DNA from: an uncultured delta proteobacterium
Lineage (GTDB): Bacteria > Desulfobacterota > Zymogenia > Zymogenales > Zymogenaceae
NCBI GenBank assembly: GCA_963735595.1
Contig: CAVTLK010000002.1
Span: 576,001 to 640,000 of the forward strand
Length of the DNA stretch: 64,000 bases
Reading direction: 5' to 3'
Below, piece after piece: positions 50,087-61,693 of this stretch. Each line of letters starts with the position of its first letter. Within the stretch, counting starts at the first letter, position 1. Below the pieces are notes generated by a model. It was given only the letters and a program-made list of their open reading frames with translations, had not been told where the DNA came from and searched no databases. The translations under genes and the position numbers were made by a program.

Positions 50087-53000
50087 CTATCGGCTCGGCC
50101 ACGGATAGGGCGAGCAGTAACAGTCCGGTAGTTGTCGTCGAGCGCTCGCCTGCAGGCCGATCAGCGCCGCGATACGGCGGGCCGTGTCCGTCACGTAGCG
50201 GACTTCGTCGGGGGTCAGGCCGCGTCCCAGCAACGGCTTTTCGCGGTACGACAGCCATTTCTTGATGACCTGGTAGCCGCCGATGGTGTATTCCCACACC
50301 GGCTCGGGGACGTTCTTCCAGTACGCGGCGTCGTTGAGGTAGACGTCATACGCGCCGTCGGCGCGCCGAATCAGTTTCCCCTTGCCCGGCATGGTCACGC
50401 CGCCCTTGCCCGCGTGGCCCCACCCGGCGGTGAGGTCGAGGTCGCCGGAGTTTGGGTTTGCCGGTTTGCCGTCCGCCCGCTCAAAGACCGCGATTGTTTT
50501 CAATTCCTCCCTGATTGCCCCCGTAGTCACGCCCGGCACGGGCGCTTCCGTATCCAGCAGCGCCGCGACCTCCCGCCCTAATTTCGCGGACGCGATCAGT
50601 GCGTCCTTTGCCTGCGGCAGGGGGATGCGGGGCCAGTCCTGCCGGATGCCGTCGGCGTTTTCGGAAAGATAGGCGGGGGAGTAGCCGACGGCCAGCGCGT
50701 GATACCAGATCAGCTCGGCGGTCGCCTGATCGGCGTCCGGGTCGGGCAGGCCGAGGGAGGCGAGATAGGCGCGGGAGGTGGGGGAGAAGTTAGCGGTGAT
50801 TTTCTCCGATTCGGCTTCCATGCCCGGTAAGGTGCGTTCGTTATCTGTGCCGCGACAACTCTACATTCGGCCCTTACTTAAGGTCGCAACGGGAAATGAT
50901 AGGCATGTCCCCGAGATAAAGTCAAAGTTCACCAAGCGCTTTCGTCCAAGTAAAACGGAACGCCTTCCGGGCTGCGCTACTGCGCCGGCCGACTAACAAG
51001 AAACGAGTTTCCATCGATAGGTGTGTCTAGAGTAGTACGGTCGCGGTTCGTTCCATAAGGGGCGTACCCGGACTGTAATAGCACCACTGCAGATCAAACG
51101 GCCGGAGCATATATCGAAGCAATCGGCGCTATCTGAACATATCTCATTAGTCTAGACACGTTCTCGTGTCTTTTACGGGCATCGAATCTCGCAGCATCCT
51201 TTGTAAAACCAGGCCAAAAACTACTATTTCGTTCCAATGGTTTCGCTTTGTCAAGATAGGCTTGCATCCGCTTCTCAAGATCGTCTCGGTTGATCAGCGA
51301 TTAGAGCGAAACCCACGATTCTCCTTAAATCCAGTGATCGGCGCTCCGTCGACAGACATCCGAGAGTTTCGGCCAAGTGGAGTAGGCACTGCAGACATCC
51401 GACGGCCGGAAAGTCCAGCGGTTGTCTTTTCAGAGGATTGGACATCTGATACTGGGCGTCGAAATCCGTGGTATCGAGGCTGGCGAGGATGTCCGCGCGT
51501 TTCGCCGTGCCCCAGAAATGGCGGAAACGTACTTGCGGTTCCGTTTCCCGCGTGCGGCTCCGTTTCACGAGCAGGCCAATGGCCGTACCGACGCGGATGC
51601 CTTCGCGGTTCCATTCCGTCGAGAATACCGATGGGTCGGGCTTGCCTTCGGGCGTCAGCTTTCCCGTTTCGCGGCTGTCGCCGTTCATACAGTCTATCCA
51701 GATCGCGTCAAATTCGTCGAGAAACCGTCTCCGTGCAACGACGAAGGAGGGGTCGCCAATGTATGAGAAATTCGAGATGAACGAAACAACCCCCCGCCCG
51801 CCGTGCTCCGCTATACGTTTTTCGGCAAGGCGGAAGAATCGGATATAGAGGTCATCGAGGTTGTACTTTTTAATGCCCCATTCGGAAGCAAGGCCCTTCT
51901 TGTACGGCTCCACAAGGCCGTGCTCTTCCTCCGGGCTGACCCCGGCAAAGGCGTTATACGGCGGGTTGCCGAGGATAACGAGTATCGGCTTTTCGAGCTT
52001 GACCTTTCCGGCGGCGTCCAGCTCGTCTTTAAAACCGGGAAAGGCAATCTCTATTGGTTTTCCTTTGGGCGGCTCCCAGCCGGTGAGCGCGTTGGTCAGG
52101 TAGACGCCGGCGCGCTCCGGCGCGTCGCCCGCATCGGACAATGGCGCGCCGAGGTTTTCCAGCTCAAGGCCGATCTGCAGGTGAGATATGACGAACGGCG
52201 CGGGCAGGATCTCGAAACCGAATACGCGCTCGATTGCGGCTTTCTTGAGGTCGTGGGCCACCAGCGCGTCGCCGCCCCGGTCGTGCAGCGTTTCCCGGAT
52301 ACGCCTGAGCACCGCCCGCAGGTACGCGCCCGTCCCGCAGCAGGGGTCAAGGACGATCACGTTGCGGTCGGCAAGTCCGTCGGCGACGCCAAGTTCCGAG
52401 CGCAGCACGGCGTCCACCCGCTCCACCTGATAGCGGACGATCTCCTCCGGGGTGTACCAGACCCCAAGCTCCTTGCGAAGCGCGGGGTCAAACGCCTGCA
52501 GGAACGGCTCGTAGAAATACTGGACCGCGTGCCCCTCGTCGAACGATTTGAAAAACTCCGCACGGTCCACGCGGTTGAGCGCGGCGGCCGTCCAGTCCAG
52601 CACCTCGATCAGCCCCAGCGCGCCGAGGCGGGCGGGGTCGGCCACCTGAACGAACAGGGCGCGGAGTATCGGAACGCGCAAGAGCCACTGCGACAATTTC
52701 CAGTCGAAATCGCCCGCCATTACAGAGGTCGCGCCGGACTCACGGATAGCGTCCTTATAGGCCGTTTTCGCGTCCGGCGCGGCGTCGTGCTTTCTGGCCC
52801 ACAAGACCCACGCCGAAAAGACCCCGTAAAAGAGCGTCTGGATAAGGGTCGAGCGGAAGAAGTGCTCGCCCTTTGCCCCCTCGAACCGCAGGCCGAGGGC
52901 GTCTTCAAGCGCCTGACGGAGCGACGCGAGGGCCGGGAGATCGGCCTTTTCGATGCGGAGCAGCGCATCATGCGCGTAAGAGGCAAGGATGCCGGCAACG

Positions 53001-53578
53001 TCCTGCGGGGCGGCGAGCGGGGCGTTGTGGAGCAGCACCCGTTTGAGATATTCCACCATGCGCGGGCCGTGTTCGGCCGCCGTCTTTTTGGGATGGGCCG
53101 CAAGCCGCCAGAAGTCGGCCTCGGAGCCGGCAAGCGAGAAGGATTCCAGCGCGGTGGGCCGCCCCGAAGGGCCTTTTCCGACGAGTGCGAATCCCCGGAA
53201 GTTGGTGACCAGCACCACGCCGTAACGCTTCAAGTATTTCTCTACCTGCTCGGTTTCGGCAACGGCCCGGACTTCTTCGTTCAGGGGTTTGGCTTCCAAT
53301 ACCCCACGCGACGGGTTCTGGGCGGTGGAGAGATCATCGCCTTGCGATTCCGCGGCGATGCGGCGTAACTGGTCGGCGGAAAACAGGCCGCCGTCAGGTA
53401 ACCCTGCACCTTTGTTCTTAAGGTTGATGATGCAACGGACTTTCGGATTGAGGGTCTTACCGATGTCGGTGATGAGGCCTTCCAGCGGCGGGTAAAACGA
53501 GGTCTCGGGTACGTTCGAGCCCGTGCGCTTGATTTCGGCCATTTCGGCAAGGTATCGTTTTACTATATCTTCGGGCAT
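50087..53578 (-). CDS. Single-polypeptide Type IIG/ISP-like restriction-modification enzyme (m6A MTase); specificity region heavily frameshifted
   Basis: N-terminal LPDG..LEAK nuclease motif; GVWYTP, LDPCCGTG, GNPPY; C-terminal WPRIPLP, VWEYTIGGYQVIKKWLSYR; no helicase domain. Confidence 0.85.
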
Positions 53579-53603
53579 GATACCTATCGTCCAAATCCGG
53601 ATC

Positions 53604-53716
53604 GGACACCACATGTGGTGTCCCTACGGTTTGAAGGACGCGCTGTTTGTGAAGACGGATAAGCGGGTTTGATGGACAGCGATGAATAATCCGTAGGGGC
53701 ACGACATGTCGTGCCC
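53604..53716. repeat. Inverted pair of GTAG-type REP palindromes (REPIN-like)
   Basis: CCGTAGGGACACCACATGTGGTGTCC (minus strand, 53604-53629) and CCGTAGGGGCACGACATGTCGTGCCC (plus strand, 53691-53716). Confidence 0.8.
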
Positions 53717-53733
53717 TGTATTAGCCTCGACAA

Positions 53734-53762
53734 ATAATAACGTTACTGTTGCCTCGTGTCAA
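53734..53762 (-). promoter_or_regulatory. Sigma70 promoter for the R-M gene
   Basis: TTGACA-17-TATTAT on the minus strand. Confidence 0.7.
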
Positions 53763-53826
53763 TCAATTAACTAAGAAAACAACGGCATAGGTTCCTTATA
53801 CCCGCGTCCGGCCCAGCGCACCTTCC

Positions 53827-54297
53827 CTATTTTTTCCCCTTGTGGTTCTGTGGGGCCGGCATTCCCTCCTTGCAGACGGCGACCCCCAGCCAGCAGGCGC
53901 CGACGGCAAGGCCGACGTAGAGCGCCAGGAACTTCCAATCTTTCAGGGCGGTCAAGAAGGTTAGCGTGATCCCCTCGATGGTGACGGTCCCCCCCTGATC
54001 GTGGATGATGGAGCCGATGTAGAGGCAGGTCCCGATCAGTATGCTGAGCAGGGTGCCGTAGAGGGTTATCGCCACGCCCACCCGGTCCACGGTCCCCATC
54101 CCCCGCTTGACGGCCGAGCCGATCAGCCACCCGATGGCCAGCATGAGCCCCATGTTGAACTCCTCGGTAACCGCGATGAGGATCGCCCACCCGACTCCGG
54201 AGATCAACGTTGCGGTAAGCCCGAAAAACGCCCCCCGGCCGTAGTTGGGGATGGGCAGGCGGGAGGGGTCCTGGGGCGGCACCTTACGAAAGATCAT
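53827..54297 (-). CDS. Hypothetical 4-TM membrane protein
   Basis: 156 aa, four hydrophobic helices; similar to the C-terminal half of the upstream gene. Confidence 0.7.
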   Translation of the reverse strand: MIFRKVPPQDPSRLPIPNYGRGAFFGLTATLISGVGWAILIAVTEEFNMGLMLAIGWLIGSAVKRGMGTVDRVGVAITLYGTLLSILIGTCLYIGSIIHDQGGTVTIEGITLTFLTALKDWKFLALYVGLAVGACWLGVAVCKEGMPAPQNHKGKK

Positions 54298-55204
54298 CGC
54301 CTTTCGCGTCCCTTTCCATCTTCGAGAGGGTGGCCACCCCGATCCATACGCCGGCTAAAGCGAAGATGACCGTGAAGATCAGGGTGCGCGGGTTGTTCAT
54401 CATGATGTTCATATAGCCGTGGTACGCCAACGAGGTATCGAGACGTCCGGTCGCCTTGCCGATAAACCAGATATTGGCGAGTATCTCACCGGCGAATATC
54501 GACGCGAGGACGAGCACGGCCGCGATCACGTACCCGATGCGGTCGACCCGTCCCATCGCCTTTTTCATGAAAAAGGCCACCATTACGCCGATCCCGATCG
54601 AAAGGATGAGATAGGTGCTCTTGAACAGGATGATGACTGCCGCCCACGCGAGGGCCCCCAGCGCCGCCCCGATCAGCCCCGGAATGATCCCCTTTACGTA
54701 CGCGGGGTTCATGGCCTCGTAGGCCATCCGCTGCGTATCCCGCTTGGCGCGCAGCGTCTCGGCGCAGCCGGGGCAGACGATCGCCGGCAGCCCGCCCTTC
54801 ACGACGAGGTTCTTCGTTTCGGGCCTGCTGCAGACCTCGCACGCCCTGGGCGGCGGCCCGAAGCTGGCGGCAATCGCCGGCATCAGGGAGTCAATGGCCG
54901 CGATAGCGTTCCCCTTGAGCTTGCCCTTGAACAGCGAATAGGGGATGAGGTATTGAAGCGAACCGTCGCCGATACTCTTGAGCATCGACGCCTTGAGACC
55001 CTTTGTGTTCTTTACGGCCTTCTTGAGGGCGGTTAAATCGCCCGGGGCCGTCCGTATGGTAATGGAGACAGCATCGAAGTTGCCGTAGTTGACCGACCGC
55101 ACCAGGACGGGGAAATCGCTGATCATCCCGACTAGAGAGCCGTCCTCGCGGACGGAGAGCCCCCGTTCATGCCCGATCTCTTTGAGTATATCCTGAATCT
55201 TCAT
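54284..55204 (-). CDS. Hypothetical membrane protein with CxxC..CxxC zinc ribbon and 4-TM domain
   Basis: CEVC..CPGC, then four TMs. Confidence 0.72.
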   Translation of the reverse strand: MKIQDILKEIGHERGLSVREDGSLVGMISDFPVLVRSVNYGNFDAVSITIRTAPGDLTALKKAVKNTKGLKASMLKSIGDGSLQYLIPYSLFKGKLKGNAIAAIDSLMPAIAASFGPPPRACEVCSRPETKNLVVKGGLPAIVCPGCAETLRAKRDTQRMAYEAMNPAYVKGIIPGLIGAALGALAWAAVIILFKSTYLILSIGIGVMVAFFMKKAMGRVDRIGYVIAAVLVLASIFAGEILANIWFIGKATGRLDTSLAYHGYMNIMMNNPRTLIFTVIFALAGVWIGVATLSKMERDAKGDDLS

Positions 55205-55227
55205 GGATACAATCCTGCAATCGTATG

Positions 55228-55260
55228 AAAGAAATCGGCGGGGCGGCCGCCGCCCCGCCG
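55228..55260 (-). terminator. Intrinsic terminator after the acyl-CoA ligase
   Basis: CGGCGGGGCGG-3 nt-CCGCCCCGCCG followed on the minus strand by ATTTCTTTC. Confidence 0.7.
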
Positions 55261-55279
55261 GAAAGATAGAATCAACCCG

Positions 55280-56972
55280 TCAGGTCATCTGCTTGCGCAG
55301 CTCGCGCTTGAGGATCTTACCGACGGCGCTGGTCGGGAGCGTATCCATGAAATCAATGCGCTTGGGGACCTTGTAGGGCGCGACCTTCTCTTTCATGTAG
55401 TCCAGGATCTTCTCCCGTTCGCGCCTCGCTCTTTTCGATACCCGGCTTCAGGACGATAGCCGTGGCCACGATCTCGGAACCCGGGCTTGTTCGGATCGGG
55501 AAGCCCGATCGTGGCGGCCATGTCGATATCGGGGTGCTCCATGAGCGTGTCGTCCACCGTGCGGGTGAAGACCTTGAAGCCGGAGACGTTGACCATATCC
55601 TTGAGACGGTCCACGACGTAGAAATAGCCGTCTTCGTCCATCGTGCAGACGTCGCCGGTGTATATCCAGCCGTCGCGCAGGGTATTGGCCGTCTCCTCGG
55701 GCTTATTGTGGTAGCCCAGCGTGAAGACCTGGGGCCCCCTGGCGACCAGCTCTCCCGGCTCTCCCTGGGGGGCGGGTTTGCCCGTCTCGGGGTCGATGAG
55801 CCTCACGTCGGTGTCCGGATAGGGGATACCGACCGAACCCGGCCTTCTTCATGCCGAATCGCGGCAGGCTCGTGAGGACCGGCGTGGTCTCGGTCATGCC
55901 GACCACCTCCACCAGCTTTCCCTTGCCCACGACCGTTCGAACTCGTTGATATACTCGGGCGGGAAACGGCGCCGCGCCGGAGACGAACCATTCGACGGAC
56001 GAGAAATCGAGCGCGCGGAACCCGGGTCGTTTGAGAAGCTCCAGGAAGATCGTCGGGACGTTGACGATTCCGTTGGGCTTCTCGGCGTTGATCGTCTTGA
56101 TGATGAAGTCGATATCACGCGGATTTGGTATGGCGACCTGGGTGATGCCGAGGGCCATGGACATCATACCGATAAAGAGTCCCGCCTGGTGAAAGAGCGG
56201 AAAGGCAGACAGAACCTTGTCACGTCCGATTTCGAGGTCCATCCACGCCTTGATCTGGGCGATGTGCCGCACGAGGTTGGCATGGGTGAGCAGGGCCCCC
56301 TTGGGCGGTCCGGTCGTGCCGCCGGTATACTGCATCAGGGCCGGGGCATCGACGGGCACGGCCCGCTCGACAGGATCGGCAATCGGTCCCGGGGATCGCG
56401 TCAAGAAACCGGGAGACCATGACTCCTTCAATCGGGTCGACAGGGCCGGTCGGAATCTTCTTGAGGAGCGTCCCGAGGAATTTTTTTACCGGGGGGAGAA
56501 AGTCGGCGATACCGGCAACGAGCACCGTCTTGACCGGCGTCTTCGCGACGACCTCGGCGGCTTTGGGAAATAGAAGATCGAGCGTCACGAGGACCTTCGA
56601 CCCGGAGTCGTTGAGCTGATATTCGAGCTCCTTTGCCGAAAGCAGCGGGCTCACCCCGGAGAGGACGCAGCCCGCCTTCATGATCCCGACGATGGCGATG
56701 TAGTAGGCCGGGATGTTGGGGAGGTTGACGCCGACCGTATCGCCCGTCTTCAACCCTTGATCAACAAGAAACCGGGCAAACCGGTTGGACAGGGCGTCCA
56801 GTTCGGCAAAGGTGATCGACCGTCCCATGTACTTCACGGCGGTCCGTTTGGGCAGCCTTTGCGCGGTCTCGGAAAAAAGCCGGGCGTATGACTTGTCGTC
56901 GTAGGTCAGGTGCTCGGGAACGTGGGGATCGTAGAATTTCATCCAGGGCTTCTTGGAATAGATGTCGTCCAT
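55280..56972 (-). CDS. Long-chain fatty acid-CoA ligase (several frameshifts)
   Basis: YTGGTTGPPKG, GMTET, YTGD, VDRLKD, GKILKREL spread over successive frames. Confidence 0.88.
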
Positions 56973-57138
56973 GTATTACCTCATACTATATATTAAGAAA
57001 AATACGGGTAAAGCATCCATGCATGTATTCCTGTCTCGTGTCCTGTCTTCCGGCTACGCACGAACGCGCCCTTCTTTTGTCGGCGGTCCGCGCCGCGCTA
57101 GCACCCGCAACCGGCTGTTTCCGCGGGCGGCCGATGGA

Positions 57139-57923
57139 TTACGACTTCTTCTCTTTCGCCACCTCCTTGAGCGCCGCCCGGGAGCGGTCCGGGTCTATGA
57201 CTTCGCGCCACTTCATGAACCCCCGGGCCTCCAAGCGCCATCCCGTCGGCAAGCGTGAGGCGCAGCCCCCCGTTGATGATCTCCTTGATTTTCAGGAGCG
57301 CTCCCTTGTTGGTCTTTCGGATCTTTTCGGCGATATCGAGCGCCGTTTCCATGAGCTTGTCGTCCGGAACGACCCGGCCGACCAGCCCAAACGACAGCGC
57401 CTCGGCGGCGTCGATGAATTCGCCGGTAAACGACATCTCCCGCGCCTTGACCGGCCCCACCAGCCGCGGCAGTATCTGGCTCATTCCGGCGCCGGGGACG
57501 ATACCCACCCGGGCGTGCGTGTCGGCAAACCTCGCGGATTCGGCAGCGATGATGATGTCGCACGAGATCACGAGCTCCAGCGCCCCGGTTACGGCGTACC
57601 CGTTGACCGCGGCGATCGTCGGCTTTTTCATCTTCGCAAGCGCAGAAAACGTCTCCTCGCCCGGCAAACAGGCCCGTAAACGACGGGTCTTCCTCGCCCA
57701 TCTTGAAGCTGTCGAAGTCCTTCATGTCGATGCCGGCGGAAAAGGCCGCTGCCGGCCCCCGTGAGGATGATGACGTCAACGTCCTCGGCGCATCCGCGGC
57801 CAGCAGGGCGTCGCGCAGCTCCCTGAGGAGCGCCAGCGACAGGGCGTTTCTCACTTCCGGTCTGTTAAGGGTGATGACGGCCACGCCGTCGGTGATTTCC
57901 TTCTTAATGAACTGATAGCCCAT
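57139..57923 (-). CDS. Enoyl-CoA hydratase/isomerase family protein (frameshifted)
   Basis: ITLNRPEVRNAL, AFSAGID, IAAVNGYAVTGALE, FADTHARVG. Confidence 0.85.
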
Positions 57924-57960
57924 GGGATACTCCCTTCGATATGAATAGATGATCTCGCGG

Positions 57961-58977
57961 TTACGTGTGGAGCCGGATGACGCATCCCCCGTCGATTTGC
58001 ACCTTACTCTGCCGGGCAAGGCGGATCGTGATCCCCCTGACGAGATTAAGGGCATTGGTCAGGAGCGGGCCGAACGCGTTTGGATAGACCATTCCGGTCA
58101 GGGACGCGATGGTCTGATCTCCGTTGGAGCGCAGCGCCTGTTCACCCTGCCCGGTTACGCGCTCCTGGACAGCTAGGATCCTTCGGGAGAGCCGCCGTCG
58201 CCTGGGAGATCGGCCCCGCCGTGGCCGGGAAACAGGAGCGCGGGATCGAAATCGGCTACGAGGTCGAGAGAATCGCGGTAATCGTCGTACATGTTGAGCC
58301 AGCCGTCGGCCTCTCTCTCGACCATGACCAGGGCAAGAGGGTCGTAGGCGGTGGATATCAGGTCTCCGGAAAAGAGGATATCATCCTCCTCGAGCAGGAA
58401 CGAGACGGAGCCCCTTCGTGTGTCCCGGCGTTTCGACAACACGGATCAGTCCCGCGCCGCTCTCGAATCGATCGTCGGCCTGTATAAAGCCGCTGATTAT
58501 CTCCCTGTTGTCGTTCCCGGCCTCTTCCCGGTAGTGTTCCTGTTCGGCGGATGCTAACGACCGCATCTGCCTTATCTTCTCGGACTCGACGCCCATGTCG
58601 CGGTAATAGGCGAATACCCGATCGAAATAGTCCGAGAAGGAATGGGGGGCGAGCAACCGGGAGTCGTGCTCGTGGAGCAGGACCCTGGCTCCCGAGGTCC
58701 GGTGAATCCTGCGCGCCATGCCCGAGTGATCGGGGTGGCCGTGGGTGAGCAGCACGATCCCAATATCGGCCACGTCCTTCCCGTAAGGCGAGAGCCCGGC
58801 GTCGAGCGCCGCGAAACAGGCCTCGCCGAAAAAGCCGGTATCGATGAGGACGGGCGTAGGGCCGTCGATATAGTAGACGTTGATATGATCAATGATAAGG
58901 GGGATCGGAATCCGGATCGGTATGATCCCCCGCTCACGGAGATAGGCCCTTCTTTTCTCTTTGTCGGAAAAGTCCAT
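57961..58977 (-). CDS. MBL-fold metallo-hydrolase (frameshifted)
   Basis: LIDTG, THGHPDHSG, TPGHT, FSGD, FPGHG. Confidence 0.85.
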
Positions 58978-59013
58978 GAGATATCGTCATCGGGTCGGGC
59001 CGAGAGGCTGCCG

Positions 59014-59484
59014 TTATCCCTTATACAGGTGCGCCATGCCCGGTATCTTCGCGGTGGTCTTCGTCTCGTATCCGTAGACCATGTAATAGATGAGGTGATC
59101 GAAGAAATTGACGACCCGGTTGTTTATCTCGAGGACCTGGTAAAGCTCAAAGGCCGTTGAGAGAAACCCGTGAGACAGGACGAAGAGCCATATATGCCGC
59201 TTGAGGAGGAGGTGGGCGGAGACGATATCCTCGATCGGAAGGCCCTCGTCGGCCCGCTGCTTACCCAGTTCGATGTACAAGTCCTTCAGCTCCGACGGCT
59301 TCTTCTGCTCGTCAAGCCAATCGCCGAGCTGGCGCAGCACCGTCGTGCCGTAGGGGACGCAAACTTGCGCTTCAACGCTGCGAAAAGCGGGGGTCGTCTC
59401 ATTCTCATGGATCTCGCTGCACCAGTACTTAACGATCTCGTCGATGTTGTCCTTGATGAGCCGCACGAATTTTTCGGATATCAT
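59014..59484 (-). CDS. Stand-alone RsbRD-N/globin-like sensor-domain protein
   Basis: IVKYW, ELGKQRADEGLPIEDIV, helical; no output domain. Confidence 0.6.
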   Translation of the reverse strand: MISEKFVRLIKDNIDEIVKYWCSEIHENETTPAFRSVEAQVCVPYGTTVLRQLGDWLDEQKKPSELKDLYIELGKQRADEGLPIEDIVSAHLLLKRHIWLFVLSHGFLSTAFELYQVLEINNRVVNFFDHLIYYMVYGYETKTTAKIPGMAHLYKG

Positions 59485-59786
59485 GATTGCCTCCGCGTTG
59501 GTGGATTATACCTATTATTATAGGGAGTCATGGGTGACTTGTCAAACAATTCTCCGCAGGTACCGGATAATTTGTCAAATATACTATCGTTCCCGTAAAT
59601 GGAACGAATCGGGTGACAAGAACGGGCTTTTTGACACACGGCCGTCGGCGCCGGTCCCTTGCGAGACGAGCCGCGCCTGACGGGCCAAAAGGCCGCCCTG
59701 TGGTCATTGACAGACCGGGATAAATGCGGTACGGTTATCAAGATTGGCCATGCCTCCAACTCTTTATTCCCTTGGGTGAATGACGA

Positions 59787-60320
59787 ATGAAGATCGTTGC
59801 CCTCATAGGAAGCCCGCGTAAGGCGGGCAATACCGACCTCGTGGTGGATGCCGTTATTGACGGCGCCCGCTCGGCCGGACATGACGCGGAAAAGCTCTAC
59901 CTCTACGGCCGGGACATACGGCCCTGCGTTGACTGCCGCGGCTGCAAGCGCGGCGACTTCCAGTGCGTCCTGAAAGACGACATGGCCGGTATCTACCCGC
60001 GGCTCCGGGACGCCGACGTGATTATTTTCGGGACGCCGGTCTACTGGTACGGTCCCACGGCCGTGATGAAGCTCTTCGTGGACCGGCTGCGGCCGTTCAT
60101 TGCCGACGGCGGGCTGAAGGGAAAGAAGGGGCTGGTGGTGGTCCCCTCAGAAGAGGGGCCGGGCTGCTGCGGGCCGCTTCTGGAGATGTTCCGCATGTCG
60201 TTCGGCTACCTGGGCATGGAGCCGGCCGGAGAGATCATGGTTTCCGCCTACGAGAAGGGAGAGATACGCCGGCAACCTCAGGAACTCGAACGGGCCCATA
60301 GAATCGGCGCCGCCCTGTAG
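59787..60320 (+). CDS. Flavodoxin-like iron-sulfur flavoprotein (NADPH-dependent FMN reductase family)
   Basis: GSPRKAGNT, CVDCRGC..C, GTPVYW, KLFVDR. Confidence 0.9.
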   Translation: MKIVALIGSPRKAGNTDLVVDAVIDGARSAGHDAEKLYLYGRDIRPCVDCRGCKRGDFQCVLKDDMAGIYPRLRDADVIIFGTPVYWYGPTAVMKLFVDRLRPFIADGGLKGKKGLVVVPSEEGPGCCGPLLEMFRMSFGYLGMEPAGEIMVSAYEKGEIRRQPQELERAHRIGAAL

Positions 60321-60556
60321 CCCTTCCGGCCCGCCCTCCCGCCTTTTGTGCCCCCCCGAACACGGCATACGCAAGGGCCGGGGCGTACCGCTCGGTATCC
60401 CGTGACGCTAATTCCCTCCGCGGACTTGCGTCGATTATCAGCAGTTCCGACACTCCGCTATGTGCCTGAAAAACGGGTCGCCCCCCCTTGACACGCCGAT
60501 TTGCATGATTATCTTAAAACTCAGGATAAAATATATCTGTAAAAAGGAGGCAGGCA

Positions 60557-61006
60557 ATGACACGGTACAGATGGTATATTGACCGGAGCCCCTTCGTCTC
60601 CGAGTTCGGAAAACTCCAGCGGGAGATGACGCGGCTCTGGGACCAGGCCTATTCCCAGAACGGATCGCACGAGGGGATGGGGATTTTCCCGCCCGTTAGC
60701 GTCCGGGAAGACCGGGACAACTACTACGTTACCGCCGAGATCCCGGGGGTCCAGGAAAAGGACCTGGAGGTCACCGCGGTGTCGGGCAGCCTTACCATCA
60801 AGGGGGAGCGCACGATCGATGTCCAGGAGGGCGTCAGCTATCACCGCCGCGAGCGGGATGCGGGCAAGTTCTCGCGGGCAATCACCATGGGCGACCGGAT
60901 CAACCCCGATAAGGTTGAGGCAAACCTGAAGAACGGCGTATTGACCGTCGTAGTCGGTAAGGCCGAAGAAGCCAAACCCAGGCAAATAACGATCACGGCG
61001 AGCTAA
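60557..61006 (+). CDS. Small heat-shock protein (Hsp20)
   Basis: AEIPGV, LTIKGER, RER..GKFSR, ANLKNGVL. Confidence 0.93.
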   Translation: MTRYRWYIDRSPFVSEFGKLQREMTRLWDQAYSQNGSHEGMGIFPPVSVREDRDNYYVTAEIPGVQEKDLEVTAVSGSLTIKGERTIDVQEGVSYHRRERDAGKFSRAITMGDRINPDKVEANLKNGVLTVVVGKAEEAKPRQITITAS

Positions 61007-61018
61007 CAGGAGGCAGGC

Positions 61019-61414
61019 ATGAAGAATAAAGAGATAGAGTTGAAAGACAAGGAACAGTCCGGTATCATGAGCGCGGCCGAGATCACTCGGGAGGGCCCGG
61101 TCTATACCCCGCGGGTCGATATCTGGGAGAACGAAAAGGAGCTCACGCTGATGGCCGACATACCGGGTGTGGAGCCTGACGGCCTGGAGATAGATCTTCG
61201 GGACAATGTCCTGACCATCATGGGCAAGGTCAAGCCGGAGGAAGAGCACCGTTATATCCTCAAGGAGTTCGGCGTCGGCAACTACTACCGCCAGTTCACG
61301 CTCTCGGAGGTAATCGACCAGGAGAAGATAGCCGCCGGGATCAAGAACGGCGTATTGACCCTCACGCTTCCCAAGGTGGAAAAGGCCAAGCCGCGAAGGA
61401 TCGAGGTTCACTGA
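61019..61414 (+). CDS. Small heat-shock protein (Hsp20)
   Basis: PRVDIWE, ADIPGV, YYRQFTL, NGVLTLTLPK. Confidence 0.93.
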   Translation: MKNKEIELKDKEQSGIMSAAEITREGPVYTPRVDIWENEKELTLMADIPGVEPDGLEIDLRDNVLTIMGKVKPEEEHRYILKEFGVGNYYRQFTLSEVIDQEKIAAGIKNGVLTLTLPKVEKAKPRRIEVH

Positions 61415-61693
61415 ATAATCCACTCCGCACGCGCCGCATGAAGAATATGTCGGCAACGCCGCCCGCAGCCAGACTCTATGGCCGCGGGCGGAAGCATTTT
61501 CATGGAAACCGGGTGCCGATGGGACCTACGCCGCGATCCCAAAACCGCTTTCCATCACAAAGATTCCGGCGTACAATATCAGTTGGGCAGTTGGGGCCGA
61601 AAAGCCGGCGTCATACTCGCGACGGCCGGTATCCGGTTACGGCGTGACTTCACCTGACCCGGCAAATCATTCGGGTAAATGGGGGCTGGTCTG

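Noticed and set aside
60321..60556. CIRCE or HAIR operator upstream of the hsp20 pair
   Set aside because: No TTAGCACTC-N9-GAGTGCTAA or CTTGAGT-N7-ACTCAAG seen; only a TTGACA box at 60488.
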